Source: Diplonema japonicum
Lineage: Eukaryota > Protista > Euglenozoa: Diplonemea
Direction: 5' to 3'
NCBI GenBank assembly: GCA_964019335.1
Contig: OZ025752.1
Location: forward strand, 1 to 64,000
DNA: 64,000 nucleotides
Part shown: one piece after another, positions 1 through 10,287 of the stretch
How positions within the stretch are numbered: position 1 is the stretch's first letter
Layout of the letters: the number at the start of each line of letters is the position of its first letter
The notes under the pieces: generated by a model
The model's database searches: none
What the model was told of the DNA's origin: nothing
The model's input: the letters and a program-made list of their open reading frames with translations, nothing else
Made by a program: the position numbers and the translations under genes

Positions 1-305
1 GGGTTTGCGGGTTTGCGGGTTTGCGGGTTTGCGGGTTTGCGGGTTTGCGGGTTTGCGGGTTTGCGGGTTTGCGGGTTTGCGGGTTTGCGGGTTTGCGGGT
101 TTGCGGGTTTGCGGGTTTGCGGGTTTGCGGGTTTGCGGGTTTGCGGGGTTTGCGGGGTTTGCGGGGTTTGCGGGTTTGCGGGGTTTGCGGGGTTTGCGGG
201 GTTTGCGGGGTTTGCGGGTTTGCGGGTTTGCGGGTTTGCGGGTTTGCGGGTTTGCGGGTTTGCGGGTTTGCGGGTTTGCGGGTTTGCGGGTTTGCGGGTT
301 TGCGG
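1..305 (+). repeat. (GGGTTTGC)n telomere-like tandem array with some 9-mer GGGGTTTGC variants
   Basis: Near-perfect 8-mer tandem repeat from the window start; 9-mer variants around 145-215; followed by A and T10 (307-316). Confidence 0.95.
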
Positions 306-316
306 ATTTTTTTTTT

Positions 317-750
317 AAAAAGGGGGACTTGAGAAAATAAATAAAAAGGGGGACTTGAGAAAATAAATAAAAAGGGGGACTTGAGAAAATAAATAAAAAG
401 GGGGACTTGAGAAAATAAATAAAAAGGGGGACTTGAGAAAATAAATAAAAAGGGGGACTTGAGAAAATAAATAAAAAGGGGGACTTGAGAAAATAAATAA
501 AAAGGGGGACTTGAGAAAATAAATAAAAAGGGGGACTTGAGAAAATAAATAAAAAGGGGGACTTGAGAAAATAAATAAAAAGGGGGACTTGAGAAAATAA
601 ATAAAAAGGGGGACTTGAGAAAATAAATAAAAAGGGGGACTTGAGAAAATAAATAAAAAGGGGGACTTGAGAAAATAAATAAAAAGGGGGACTTGAGAAA
701 ATAAATAAAAAGGGGGACTTGAGAAAATAAATAAAAAGGGGGACTTGAGA
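317..750 (+). repeat. 26-bp minisatellite (AAAAAGGGGGACTTGAGAAAATAAAT), ~17 copies
   Basis: GGGGG block recurs every 26 nt from 322 to 738; copies appear identical. Confidence 0.95.
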
Positions 751-753
751 ATG

Positions 754-3700
754 TTTTTTTTTTTTTTTTTTTCTTCAAAAGACACACAAGGCACGATAAA
801 TCTTAAGAGAAAATAAAAATATTCCAAAACAGACAATCAAGTTCCAACCTGGGAGGAAGGCATGGGTTTCTCTTTTTCTTTATGGGAGGGAGAGGGGAAG
901 AAGAAGAAGCAACTCCAAATGATAAAAATTCAAAAATAAAAATCTCAAAAAAGGCTTAAAAGAAGAAGAGGCAAATTCAAAAACATACTAGGGAGGAATG
1001 AGTGGGGCAGGGGGTAAAATTTAGGAGGGGGAAAGAGGGAGAATCAAAAAAGGGGAAAGGGGCAGAGTGACCAATGTCCATGCGAAAAAGCATAGAGCGG
1101 GGGAAGAAGAAAATCAAAAACAGGAAAAACACATCACCACAAAAGAAAAAAGAAAAAAAAAAAAAAAACGTCGACCGAGATGGTTCCACTTCAAAAAGAA
1201 AAAGAAAAAGAAAAACAGAAAAATAAAAAAAAAAAAAAAAAAAAAAGGAAAAACAAAAAGAAAAAAAAAAAAAAGGAAAAAAAAAAAAAATCTAAGTGGT
1301 TCTATCTAGCCTGGCCGTTGTAGCACCTGTTCCTATTCTTTTATTTTTCCCTTTTTTTTTTCTCAGAAAAAAAAAAAAAAAAGTTTCACATCTTCCTATG
1401 GCGGGGGGGGGGAGAACAGCCCCCCACACCCCCGCTGGCCTATCTGGCCAGCGAGCCTTTGGACCTCTTCTTGTGGGGTATGGGCCCCACCCGTGCCCTC
1501 CCCGACTCGAGCTGCAGCCAAGCCACCGCACTGTTCACCGGGGCCCAGTTCTCCTTGTTGCGCACCTTGACCGTGTCCCGCACCAGGTCGTCGCTCCCCA
1601 GCTCTTCCATCAACCTGTGCTCCGCCAAGAACTTGAACTGGGGCCCGGTCATCCCCTTGAGCTCACCCCTGCATATGTTGGCTTCGACCACGGTGCCATC
1701 CGCCCCCGTACCCTTCAGATAGATGTAGCCACCCTCCACACAATCCGAGTCAGTACTGGCCGATCGGGCCCGGGCCCGCTTCTTGTCCTTCTTGCTCCAC
1801 TTCAGCTCTTCCAGGGTGGGGAGGTCCGTGGCAACCACCTCAGGCCGCCTCTCCCTGTCTTCCTCCTTCTTCCGGGCCAACAGCCCAAGGTACCTCTCAA
1901 AGGAGACGTCCTCGAACAACCCCGGGACCGTCACCACCGCTGACTGCAGGTCGACCTCTTCAACACCCATCTTCCGCAGATGGTCCTGGACAGTGCGCCT
2001 CGTCTCCTTCTCGCAGGGCCCCCTCCCCTCGTAGACGTCGAGGGTGACCTTCCTTCCATCCCTCACCCACGCCTTCACTTTGATCAGGTCCTTGACCTTT
2101 CCCACTGGGGCCCTTATCCTTGCGTCGCACCTCTCCAAGAACTCACGTAGTGTCACCTTGGTAGCGCCGGCTCCCGCCGCAATGCCCACTACCCCTTCCT
2201 TCCCCGGTGTCGGGTGGTGTCTGCACCCCCGGGTCTGCAACTTGACCACCCTCCATGCCGTTTCCAGAGTCCCCTTGAGCACGCCACCCTTGAAACGAAC
2301 AGGTTGCACCGCCGAACACCCACACGCGTACGTGATCTGGAAATCCTGGACCGTCCTCGGGAACTCGAACTCGCGGTATGTTTCCGACTTCTGCACCTCA
2401 CAACCCACAATGCGGCTGCGGCGCTCTCCGTCCGACCCACCTTCCAAGCTTGCGAAGTACTGCTTTACCATCATGTATCCAAGTCCAGCGATACCAATCT
2501 GGCCAGCCATAGCCACCTCCAGTGGAACACCCAGCGACTCGGCCTTCGCAAGAAGCATCTCCTCAGTCCTCTCCCTTCCAGGGTCCGTTCCTTCTTCAAG
2601 GATGATCTCCACCCGGCCCTCGAACTGGATGATGAACTTGAGCAGTCGGTCCCCCGGCCTCGCCCTCAGTGGCACCATCGCTCTCGGAATTGGGATGCCC
2701 ATCACCACATCAATCGGGTCAAGCTGAACGAAGTCTCCCCCTACTTCCACCTGCTGTTCCCTTTCCGGTGCCCCGACTCCCATCAGCTGATCTCCCTCCG
2801 GCGTCTGGATCCCACCCCTAGGTGTGTCAGGCCCCGACTGGCTGCCTCCGCTCGGTGCGTTCCCGCCCTCTTTGGTCCCTTCGGGGGCGTCATCCGCCTG
2901 CGGCTTCAGAGTCCTCCCACCGCCCTGTCTCTTCGCAGCTTGTTCCCTACAGAATTCGCTCACGGTCATCTTCCTCGTAGCAGTTGTCGCACTCTGGTCC
3001 CCCTTGTTCGAGTCCCTCTGGGCCTCCGTATCCCCCTTAGGACACTGGTCCAAGGTCTGGTTCACCGCAGCGTCAGTCGCCCCTTGTCTCTTCCCATCTT
3101 CCTGGGCCTTCGGGTCAAGCTCCCCTCCCTGCCCAGCCCTCTCGCTGGATCCTGTTCCGACCATCTCCGTGTCTTCTCCTCCCGGCGAGGCTGCTTCGAG
3201 TCCTGCTCCCGCTTTCCCTTGTGTTCCACCCTCCACCGGTTCCGCCTTTCGCTGCTGCTGCATTCGGGCGTCCAGGTCCTTCTTCGTCTGCTCCAGAAGG
3301 GCATCCAGCTGGTGGGCCACCGTGATTGGGGGTCCGCCTCCCTGTCCCTTCACTTCCCTCTCGGACGACTCCTCAGCTTCGGTGGTTTTTTCATTGCCGA
3401 AGGAGTCCTCTGTGAGGTCAGTGTTGGATTCAGTGTTGGGTTCGTTGTTCGCTTCCTCGTTGTCCTTTTTTTCCTCTTCGCCGTCCGGTACCGGGGGCCC
3501 TGGATCCAACTGTACAGGCCCTTTGACTAACAGCGCCCCTGCTATCGATCTCATCATGGCCGTTGACACCTCTTGGACCACACGCCTGTGTATCGAGACT
3601 CTGTCCCCGTGAGCCCGCGCAGCTATGCTCCTGGACAGTTTCTTCGTGAGGTAGACTGCTGCCTCCCCGAACCCCCCAAAGGTCTCCATCGCGAAAGGTA

Positions 3701-6700
3701 CAAAGGCCACGCGTGTCTTGGCGAGCTCCGCCTCATACTTCTGGCGCTTGTAGTGTTCCGCCTTCGCCGCTGCGTATCCCGCAGTCTTCGCCGCCTGGTT
3801 GACACAAGACTCGTTCCTCGGGTGCACGATGACCACGTCCATAGCCATTGGGCGGGAACCCCCCACCCCACCTGGGAAGAACACGTCCGCCGGGCGCTGG
3901 GACGACCCCGGGATCAGCCCCGTCTTCTCCATCGTTGCGCTCACCCCGGCCCACTGACAGTGTCTGTGGATGGTCTCCTTCACCCGGTCGTGCCTCGCAA
4001 TCCTGGCGTTGCCGCATCCCTGGGCATGGTCACCCCATACGTCCATCCCCTCAGTCTTGCACCTCGGGTCGTGGCAGCTCTCACCCTGCTTGTAGACCGG
4101 AGCCCCCAACCACCACTTGATCAGAGCCCCAAACTCGTTGTCCGACAGCTGGTTGTAGAAGTCAGGCGTCGCCGTCAACCACGCTCCCGCATAGTGCATT
4201 GACTCCGACATCAACCTCGCTCTCGAGCGTGCATCTGCTTTCGCCAAGAGGTCCTCCAGCGCCTTCTCATCAAGCACCCTAGAGAGCCACCTCTGGCTGC
4301 AGATGTGGGGGGCCTTGGCCACCATGTCGGGTGTAATCTGCATGCCGCCCTTCGTCCTGTTGAACCACTCGAGCCAGCTCCCCCATACACCCCCTTCCAG
4401 CCCATGTTCGTATTTGGGATCCAGCTCCTTGCACAGCTTCATCGTCGACGCCCTCGAAGCCATGTTGGCCGCGCGCAGGTGCTCCTGGCAGCTCCTCATC
4501 CCAAGCCCACCGACTTTTACGGACAGTTTCGCCTGCTGCCATTCTTTCGACCCGTTCTCGAACTGCATGCCGCACACCTTCGACATCGTCTTCCGCACCA
4601 TCTCGTCGAACCTGTGCATGACCCCTCCCACATGCGAGTCTGGGACCACTCTCATGTAAAACACCAGTTTGCTGTATGAGCTGCAATACCGGAGAAGTGT
4701 GTACCCTGTCTGCCTCCCCACCTTGGTCAGCATGTCGAAGTTCTCTTCCAGCGCGTCCAAGCGTTTGTTCAGAAAGGCTTGCGTGTACTCCGGCGATCCT
4801 ATCGGCGCCCCCAGGAGCATGAAGTTCCTCTCTTTGTGGAAATTCTCTTCTGTCAGGCCATCGAAGCCTGTGTCCTCCACTGTCTGGGGGAGGTCGCCAC
4901 TAACCCATATGAGCTCGCACTTCTGGGGTTTCACTTTCAGCCCTATCATTCCGCTCAGCTCACACAAGATGTTGTACGCCTTTCTCACTTCATCCACATT
5001 CCCCACAAGGACGCCATCGTCCAGGTAGAACTGGAGGATGTCCAGGTTGCAGTCTTCACTTATCTTGTTCACCAGGGGTTGGATGGCCAGAGAGAACAGC
5101 AGCGGTCCCATCGGGTCCCCCTGTTGCACCCCTTCCTGGGACTTAATCACCTTTCCGTTGTAGTATAATTGGGAGGGCACCCTGTAGCACCAATCGGCCC
5201 ACGCATACAGCCCCGACGCTTGCTCATAGGCCTGTGAGCACAGCTGCCTCCGACAAACACTGTTGAAGGCGTTGGCGTAGTCGATCTTGAGGATCACCTT
5301 GTTTTCCTGCTTGTTGCCCCGTTCCCTGTCCACATACTGCCTGATGGTGTGTATAGCCGCCTCCATTCCAGCAGGGACCGATACCCCCACCTGGCCGCCT
5401 TTCTTCAGGTACGAAGAGGCCACTTCCGGAGCGATCTTCTTCACAAGGGATTTCCCCACCAGCCGACGCAGCACATCCCCAACGGCTATGGGCCGCACGT
5501 CCCTGTCGTTCTTCTTGAGGGCCACAAGGTTCGCCCCTGCCATCAGCGGAGCCACCTCCCTAGGGGCCGTGCCTCTAGCTAATGCGTTGACTGCCCTCGT
5601 CACCGACATCAAACAGCCTTGAGACTCAAAAGCTCCGTCCACCGCGTCCTTGATGTGCTGGGCTCTCAGACCAGTCGGTCCCGCAGCAGTCCCCCTCGGG
5701 AAGTCCCTGATTGCGTCCAGCACTTCTTCTGGCAAGACTTCTACCGCTTCCTTCGTCTTCGCCGGGTTGTCCCATTGGGGGTGTAGTGGCTCTGGATGTT
5801 TGCTCTGCAGCGCTCTCCAGCAATCCTCATTGTCTTCCGCCAGCCCCTGGGCTACAAGCGCCGCGTTTCCTGCCGAGAACCTCCCTTTGCTGCACAGTTC
5901 CGTGGCCCTGGCGACCTTAGAGACCTCGTCGTTCTTAGGTTCCCCCTTCTCACCTGATTCCAGCTTATTCCAGAGGGCCATGTAATTTCCCTTCTCCCAC
6001 TCCTCCAATCTGGCCTGGACACTCAGCTCCGTCTCCTTGTCCCGCTTCTTCCCTCCCCTCTTCTTCCACAGGCAGGCTTTGGGGAGCATCGCCACCAGCA
6101 GCCAAGCCTCCTCTGTGTTGTCCTTCACCGCCCGGCCCAGAGTGTGCTTAAGGGTAAGCCCCCACAGTCTTTGAAGGCTCGTCGGGATCGACCCCATGGT
6201 CGTGACGTTCATGGCGGCTATGGCTTCCAGGCTGGGTAACTCGGTCCTCGTCGGGGCCGGCGGGGGGGTCGTGTATTCCCCTTCCCTTCGCACCGCCTTT
6301 TTGCACTCGTCGTGGCACCCCTGACCCTTCCACACACAGCCCCTGCACACCAGGCACCTCTCGAGGTCCAGTCTCCTCAGAACGCTCTCCGGGATCTCAT
6401 CACTCTCCAGGTGCCCATCCAGGTGACACTTCCATACCCTTGTCGAGTTGAACGGGGTCGTGCTTTTGCACTTCGACCTAGCGCAGTTCGCCACCGGACA
6501 GTACAGGAATTGCTGGTTCCTTGCCCCCATCTGGTCCAACACCCCTGCCTTCCCGTATCCAGGGATCGCACGGTCTATTATGTCCCACTCCCCGATGTCC
6601 TCACCCGGGGCCTCGGAGGGTTGCTTACCTGCCTTTTGTAGAGCTACCGATTGGGACTCATCAAGGAGCATCATCATCGACTCCTCCTCTCCGACTGCAT

Positions 6701-8749
6701 ACTCGTAGTGGTTGCCGTTGTACGCCAGCACCACCACCTTCTCGTGGTCGGAGTTGTACTCCCCTATCATCAGGACTGGGTTGTTCCCCCCAGCAACCAC
6801 GAGTATCGTGCGGCCAAACGCTTGTGCTGCGGCTGCCAGGCACAAGTGGTCTCCCCACGTCGCTGCTGTGCCCATCCCTTCCAAGTACCGGTCCCAACCC
6901 TCACTGCAAAACGGGGCATAGTGCTCCTCCCGGTGTTTCATCCATTCTACAACCTCGCTCCTGATGTGGGTGTGGTCGCCGTAGGCCTCCCCGAGCGAAC
7001 CGGCCAGGGCGTGGAACATGCAGTTCCCGTCCTTCTCCGTCGATCTCCTCGTCAGCTTGAAGCTCTTCATGATCTCGTCCACTGACTTGCCGGCCCTGGG
7101 TTGTTTGTCGGGGTTCCACAGATTCCGCTGCCTGTGTAGTGCACAGTGCGTCTGGTTCGACGAGCACGCCGCAGCACACGTTCCACAGAGGTTCACCTTC
7201 ATGCTCCTCGCCTGCTCTTGTTTCACAAAATGATGGTGGACCGCATTGAGGTGTTTAACTAGACAGCTTGCCACACTGGTGCGGAAAGAGCAGCCTTCCA
7301 TCCGGCATTGATGTTTGTCTGTTCCTTCTTTTTCCCCCTCCTTCTGCGCCTCCGTGTGCTCATCATCCAAATCCATGGGGGGAGGGTCACCACCTCCTTG
7401 CAACGCGTCCCCTGCCAGCGTCAAGTCCGCAAAGGGGTCCAGGTGTTCGGCCTGAAAGAGCTTATCCTCCGTCTCAGCTCGTTCCTTCGCCGCTTGCTTG
7501 GCGTCCTCCTTCTTTTTTCTGCGTCTTGAGCTTCTAGGCGGGCCCAAGTACACCGGCCGGTAGTGACCTCTCGATCCGCGTCTTGTCTTCCTCAGCTTTA
7601 CCGGTCCGAATCTCTGGGTCGGGTCAGCACCAGCTTTCCCCACCATCACTTCCGACATGGCCCAGAGCGACATCAGCCCCCCTATCCAAACTGAAGTGCT
7701 TCCCACCAGAGTGCCCCCTACCGCTAGCCAAGCGAGCTCCCCGGCGGACCATTCATCCCCTCGGGGCCCCACCTGTACCCTTGACCTGCGGGTGGTCCTC
7801 CTGTCGCTCCCCGGCCTCTTCCACAACACTGCCGCATGCAGGAAGGAGGGGGCCATCCCGATGCCCGCCCCCAGCACCTGCCTCACCCCTGGGATCAGCA
7901 AGAGGGAGAACAGGGCGACCCAGGCCCACACCCCCAGGTGCTCCCATCTCACCCCTTCCTTGCTGTGTCCCGTCCGTCTGCGGTGCCTCCTTGTGCCGGT
8001 TGCAGCCCTAGGTGCCGGGATTCTGGGTGCCAGGGGTTGGGCTCCAGGCGTTCCCACCTCGGTCCGCTTCAGCCCCATTGCAGGGTCATCTGGCTTCTGT
8101 TCCAGGGCGGCCTCGTGTTCCTCTCTGCAGGCCCTCCTCCTCCCTTCTTTCCTCGCACGACGGTGCCTTTTCTTCTCCTGTCTGGCAGCCTCCCTCGCCC
8201 CCTCCCTCGCCTTGGTCCTCTTCTCCCGACGCCTCTGAAGGGCCGTTTCACTCCTGTGCCTCCTCCTGTTCTTCTTCCGCTTGGGCGCTGGCTTAGGTTC
8301 CCTGCCACCCATGGCAATCCAGGGGGCTCTTTTCTGTCTTCTCACAAGGGTGTGCAGTGGTGCTCTCACGTCGCTCGCAGCCTCCGCCCCAACCACACCT
8401 TGGCAGGCGGCGGGGGTGGGTGCTGGGTCCCCCTGGTTGTTTGAAAAGAAAAAAGGTTTCTCCTTGTTTGTTTTTTTTTTTTTCTTTCCCTTCCACCCTC
8501 AAAAAAAGCCCCCGGCCCTTGGGGACCAGGGTGTACACCTCCGTAGAGGGTCCAGAAAAAATGGGGGGCAGAGAGGGAGGAGCACTACCTTCTCTCGGGC
8601 ACACTGTCTCTCCCTCTGCCTTTTTTTCCTCCGAAGAGGGTCTGTTTTTCACCTCCATGGAGGGTCCCTCTGGAGAGGGCTCTATAAAAGAAAAAGGGGG
8701 GGACAAATGGGGGGGAGGAACACTACCTGCTCTCGGGAGTGTCACCTCT
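754..8749 (-). mobile_element. CRE-clade (RLE-type) non-LTR retrotransposon, apparently full length; 3' end uncertain
   Basis: Single long ORF; 5' boundary near 8749 abuts a cut copy of the local repeat family (TATAAACAGATGTCT); candidate poly(A) tails appear as T-runs at 1352-1361, 754-772 or 307-316. Confidence 0.8.
1440..8396 (-). CDS. Retrotransposon polyprotein: C2H2 zinc fingers, OTU protease, reverse transcriptase, CCHC knuckle, restriction-like endonuclease, ~700-aa C-terminal extension
   Basis: OTU motifs DGNCMFHAL/WGDH/NHY; RT motifs RPIAVG, KIDYANAFNSV, GVQQGDPMGPLLF, FYLDDG; CHDPRC..DHAQGC; RHD, RPAD, MDV, KRQKY, FVPFAMETFGG. First in-frame ATG is at 8312. Confidence 0.95.
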   Translation of the reverse strand: MVGAEAASDVRAPLHTLVRRQKRAPWIAMGGREPKPAPKRKKNRRRHRSETALQRRREKRTKAREGAREAARQEKKRHRRARKEGRRRACREEHEAALEQKPDDPAMGLKRTEVGTPGAQPLAPRIPAPRAATGTRRHRRRTGHSKEGVRWEHLGVWAWVALFSLLLIPGVRQVLGAGIGMAPSFLHAAVLWKRPGSDRRTTRRSRVQVGPRGDEWSAGELAWLAVGGTLVGSTSVWIGGLMSLWAMSEVMVGKAGADPTQRFGPVKLRKTRRGSRGHYRPVYLGPPRSSRRRKKKEDAKQAAKERAETEDKLFQAEHLDPFADLTLAGDALQGGGDPPPMDLDDEHTEAQKEGEKEGTDKHQCRMEGCSFRTSVASCLVKHLNAVHHHFVKQEQARSMKVNLCGTCAAACSSNQTHCALHRQRNLWNPDKQPRAGKSVDEIMKSFKLTRRSTEKDGNCMFHALAGSLGEAYGDHTHIRSEVVEWMKHREEHYAPFCSEGWDRYLEGMGTAATWGDHLCLAAAAQAFGRTILVVAGGNNPVLMIGEYNSDHEKVVVLAYNGNHYEYAVGEEESMMMLLDESQSVALQKAGKQPSEAPGEDIGEWDIIDRAIPGYGKAGVLDQMGARNQQFLYCPVANCARSKCKSTTPFNSTRVWKCHLDGHLESDEIPESVLRRLDLERCLVCRGCVWKGQGCHDECKKAVRREGEYTTPPPAPTRTELPSLEAIAAMNVTTMGSIPTSLQRLWGLTLKHTLGRAVKDNTEEAWLLVAMLPKACLWKKRGGKKRDKETELSVQARLEEWEKGNYMALWNKLESGEKGEPKNDEVSKVARATELCSKGRFSAGNAALVAQGLAEDNEDCWRALQSKHPEPLHPQWDNPAKTKEAVEVLPEEVLDAIRDFPRGTAAGPTGLRAQHIKDAVDGAFESQGCLMSVTRAVNALARGTAPREVAPLMAGANLVALKKNDRDVRPIAVGDVLRRLVGKSLVKKIAPEVASSYLKKGGQVGVSVPAGMEAAIHTIRQYVDRERGNKQENKVILKIDYANAFNSVCRRQLCSQAYEQASGLYAWADWCYRVPSQLYYNGKVIKSQEGVQQGDPMGPLLFSLAIQPLVNKISEDCNLDILQFYLDDGVLVGNVDEVRKAYNILCELSGMIGLKVKPQKCELIWVSGDLPQTVEDTGFDGLTEENFHKERNFMLLGAPIGSPEYTQAFLNKRLDALEENFDMLTKVGRQTGYTLLRYCSSYSKLVFYMRVVPDSHVGGVMHRFDEMVRKTMSKVCGMQFENGSKEWQQAKLSVKVGGLGMRSCQEHLRAANMASRASTMKLCKELDPKYEHGLEGGVWGSWLEWFNRTKGGMQITPDMVAKAPHICSQRWLSRVLDEKALEDLLAKADARSRARLMSESMHYAGAWLTATPDFYNQLSDNEFGALIKWWLGAPVYKQGESCHDPRCKTEGMDVWGDHAQGCGNARIARHDRVKETIHRHCQWAGVSATMEKTGLIPGSSQRPADVFFPGGVGGSRPMAMDVVIVHPRNESCVNQAAKTAGYAAAKAEHYKRQKYEAELAKTRVAFVPFAMETFGGFGEAAVYLTKKLSRSIAARAHGDRVSIHRRVVQEVSTAMMRSIAGALLVKGPVQLDPGPPVPDGEEEKKDNEEANNEPNTESNTDLTEDSFGNEKTTEAEESSEREVKGQGGGPPITVAHQLDALLEQTKKDLDARMQQQRKAEPVEGGTQGKAGAGLEAASPGGEDTEMVGTGSSERAGQGGELDPKAQEDGKRQGATDAAVNQTLDQCPKGDTEAQRDSNKGDQSATTATRKMTVSEFCREQAAKRQGGGRTLKPQADDAPEGTKEGGNAPSGGSQSGPDTPRGGIQTPEGDQLMGVGAPEREQQVEVGGDFVQLDPIDVVMGIPIPRAMVPLRARPGDRLLKFIIQFEGRVEIILEEGTDPGRERTEEMLLAKAESLGVPLEVAMAGQIGIAGLGYMMVKQYFASLEGGSDGERRSRIVGCEVQKSETYREFEFPRTVQDFQITYACGCSAVQPVRFKGGVLKGTLETAWRVVKLQTRGCRHHPTPGKEGVVGIAAGAGATKVTLREFLERCDARIRAPVGKVKDLIKVKAWVRDGRKVTLDVYEGRGPCEKETRRTVQDHLRKMGVEEVDLQSAVVTVPGLFEDVSFERYLGLLARKKEEDRERRPEVVATDLPTLEELKWSKKDKKRARARSASTDSDCVEGGYIYLKGTGADGTVVEANICRGELKGMTGPQFKFLAEHRLMEELGSDDLVRDTVKVRNKENWAPVNSAVAWLQLESGRARVGPIPHKKRSKGSLAR

Positions 8750-10253
8750 TATAAACAGATGTCTACAAGAAAAGATGTTACACAGGTACTGAGAGACGAC
8801 AACAACAACAACAATGAGAAACGAAGAAAAAAAAAAAAAAAAAAACTTTTATCTTCTTTTTCAGGTGGTGGGGATAACATGAAAATATAAGAAAAACATC
8901 AGATGTGTTGTTTGCTGTTGACCTCCATGTTGGTCATCACCAGTAGTGCCCAAGTGGAGAACATAATGCAGATGCTCAGGGTGATGAATTGGCAGCAAAC
9001 TGCATGAGTGCAGAATCTTGGTTACCCCGGGTTGCTACGGCTGGGGTTAAGCTGCACACTGCACACATTAAGAACACAACACAGAACACAGAAGAAGCTA
9101 CAACTCAGCTGCAGTGCCCCCCTGTATCAAGTTAACAGTTCTTGTGCAGGCACCGCCAACACGACGAACAGGCATTTCCTCCATCCACTTGGCCGGTCAT
9201 CACCTGTAGCACCCTGAGTGGAAGAACAAATCGCAGATGCTCAGGGTGAGTAAACTACGTAGGGCACCAGCTGGGGTTGAGCTGCACACCGCATGCATTA
9301 AGGACACGACACGGAACGCAGAAGCGGCCAAGGTGCACCCCCTGTCACTGGTCTCCTTTACCTCTTTCATGTTATTTGGTGGTGGGGATCACAGAAATAT
9401 GGAAATATAAGAAGTACATCAGATGTGTTGTTTGCTGTTGACCTCCATGTTGGTCATCACCGATTGTGCCCGAGTGGAGGAACGTATTGCAGATGCTCAG
9501 GGTGATGAACTGGCAGCAAACTACACAGGCCCAGAATCTTGGTTACCAGGGCCATGGCTGGTGTTGAGCTGCACACTGCACACATTAAGGACATGACACG
9601 GAATATTGTGCTGTCAGTGTTGTGGTGATATAGTCACCACTTTCAACCTTGATGATGCAAAGAGGAAAAAAAAAGGGGGGGGGGGAAAAAACTAGTTTGA
9701 CACTCCATTTGTTTGTGTGCACGAGTGGAATTTTACCTAATAAAATAGCTCATTACACTGCCATCAACTAGTTTTTAGTCTCGACAATAATATTGTTAAA
9801 ACAAAAAAAAAAGTAAGGAATTCCCTGTTCCACCAAGTTCCGGTTCTGCCATTCTGCCAAGTTCCGACTTTCAGTTTGGCGGAAGGGAATGGAACGACCC
9901 AATCCTGCACAAGCAGAATCTTGGTTACCCAGGACGCCCCGGCTGGGGTTGAGCTGAACACCACACACATTAAGGACACAACACAGAATGCAGAAGAAGC
10001 TACAACTCGGCTGTGGTGTACCCCCTGTAATCAAGTAGTCTTGTGCAGGTCCTTTAACTCATATATCTCTCACCGCAGCCGGGTTGTAGCTTCTTCTGTG
10101 TTCCGCATCGATCACCACAGCCGGGTTGTATTACATCCAAATACAACATTTCCGGACATTTGTACATACCTGCAGCTGCAGTGCACCGGAGTAGATAGGT
10201 GCAAATGGCTTGATGGAGCTGTGCATGTCTGTGGTATGAAGAAGAAGAAAAAG

Positions 10254-10287
<34 letters not shown>

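Noticed and set aside
317-750. CRISPR-like array
   Set aside because: Head-to-tail repeats with no spacers, no cas genes, eukaryotic context
5-1309. ORFs over the 8-mer, 26-mer and A-rich tracts
   Set aside because: Translations of simple repeats with no coding signal
754-8900. Spliced-leader RNA gene as target of the CRE element
   Set aside because: No recognisable SL exon at either flank
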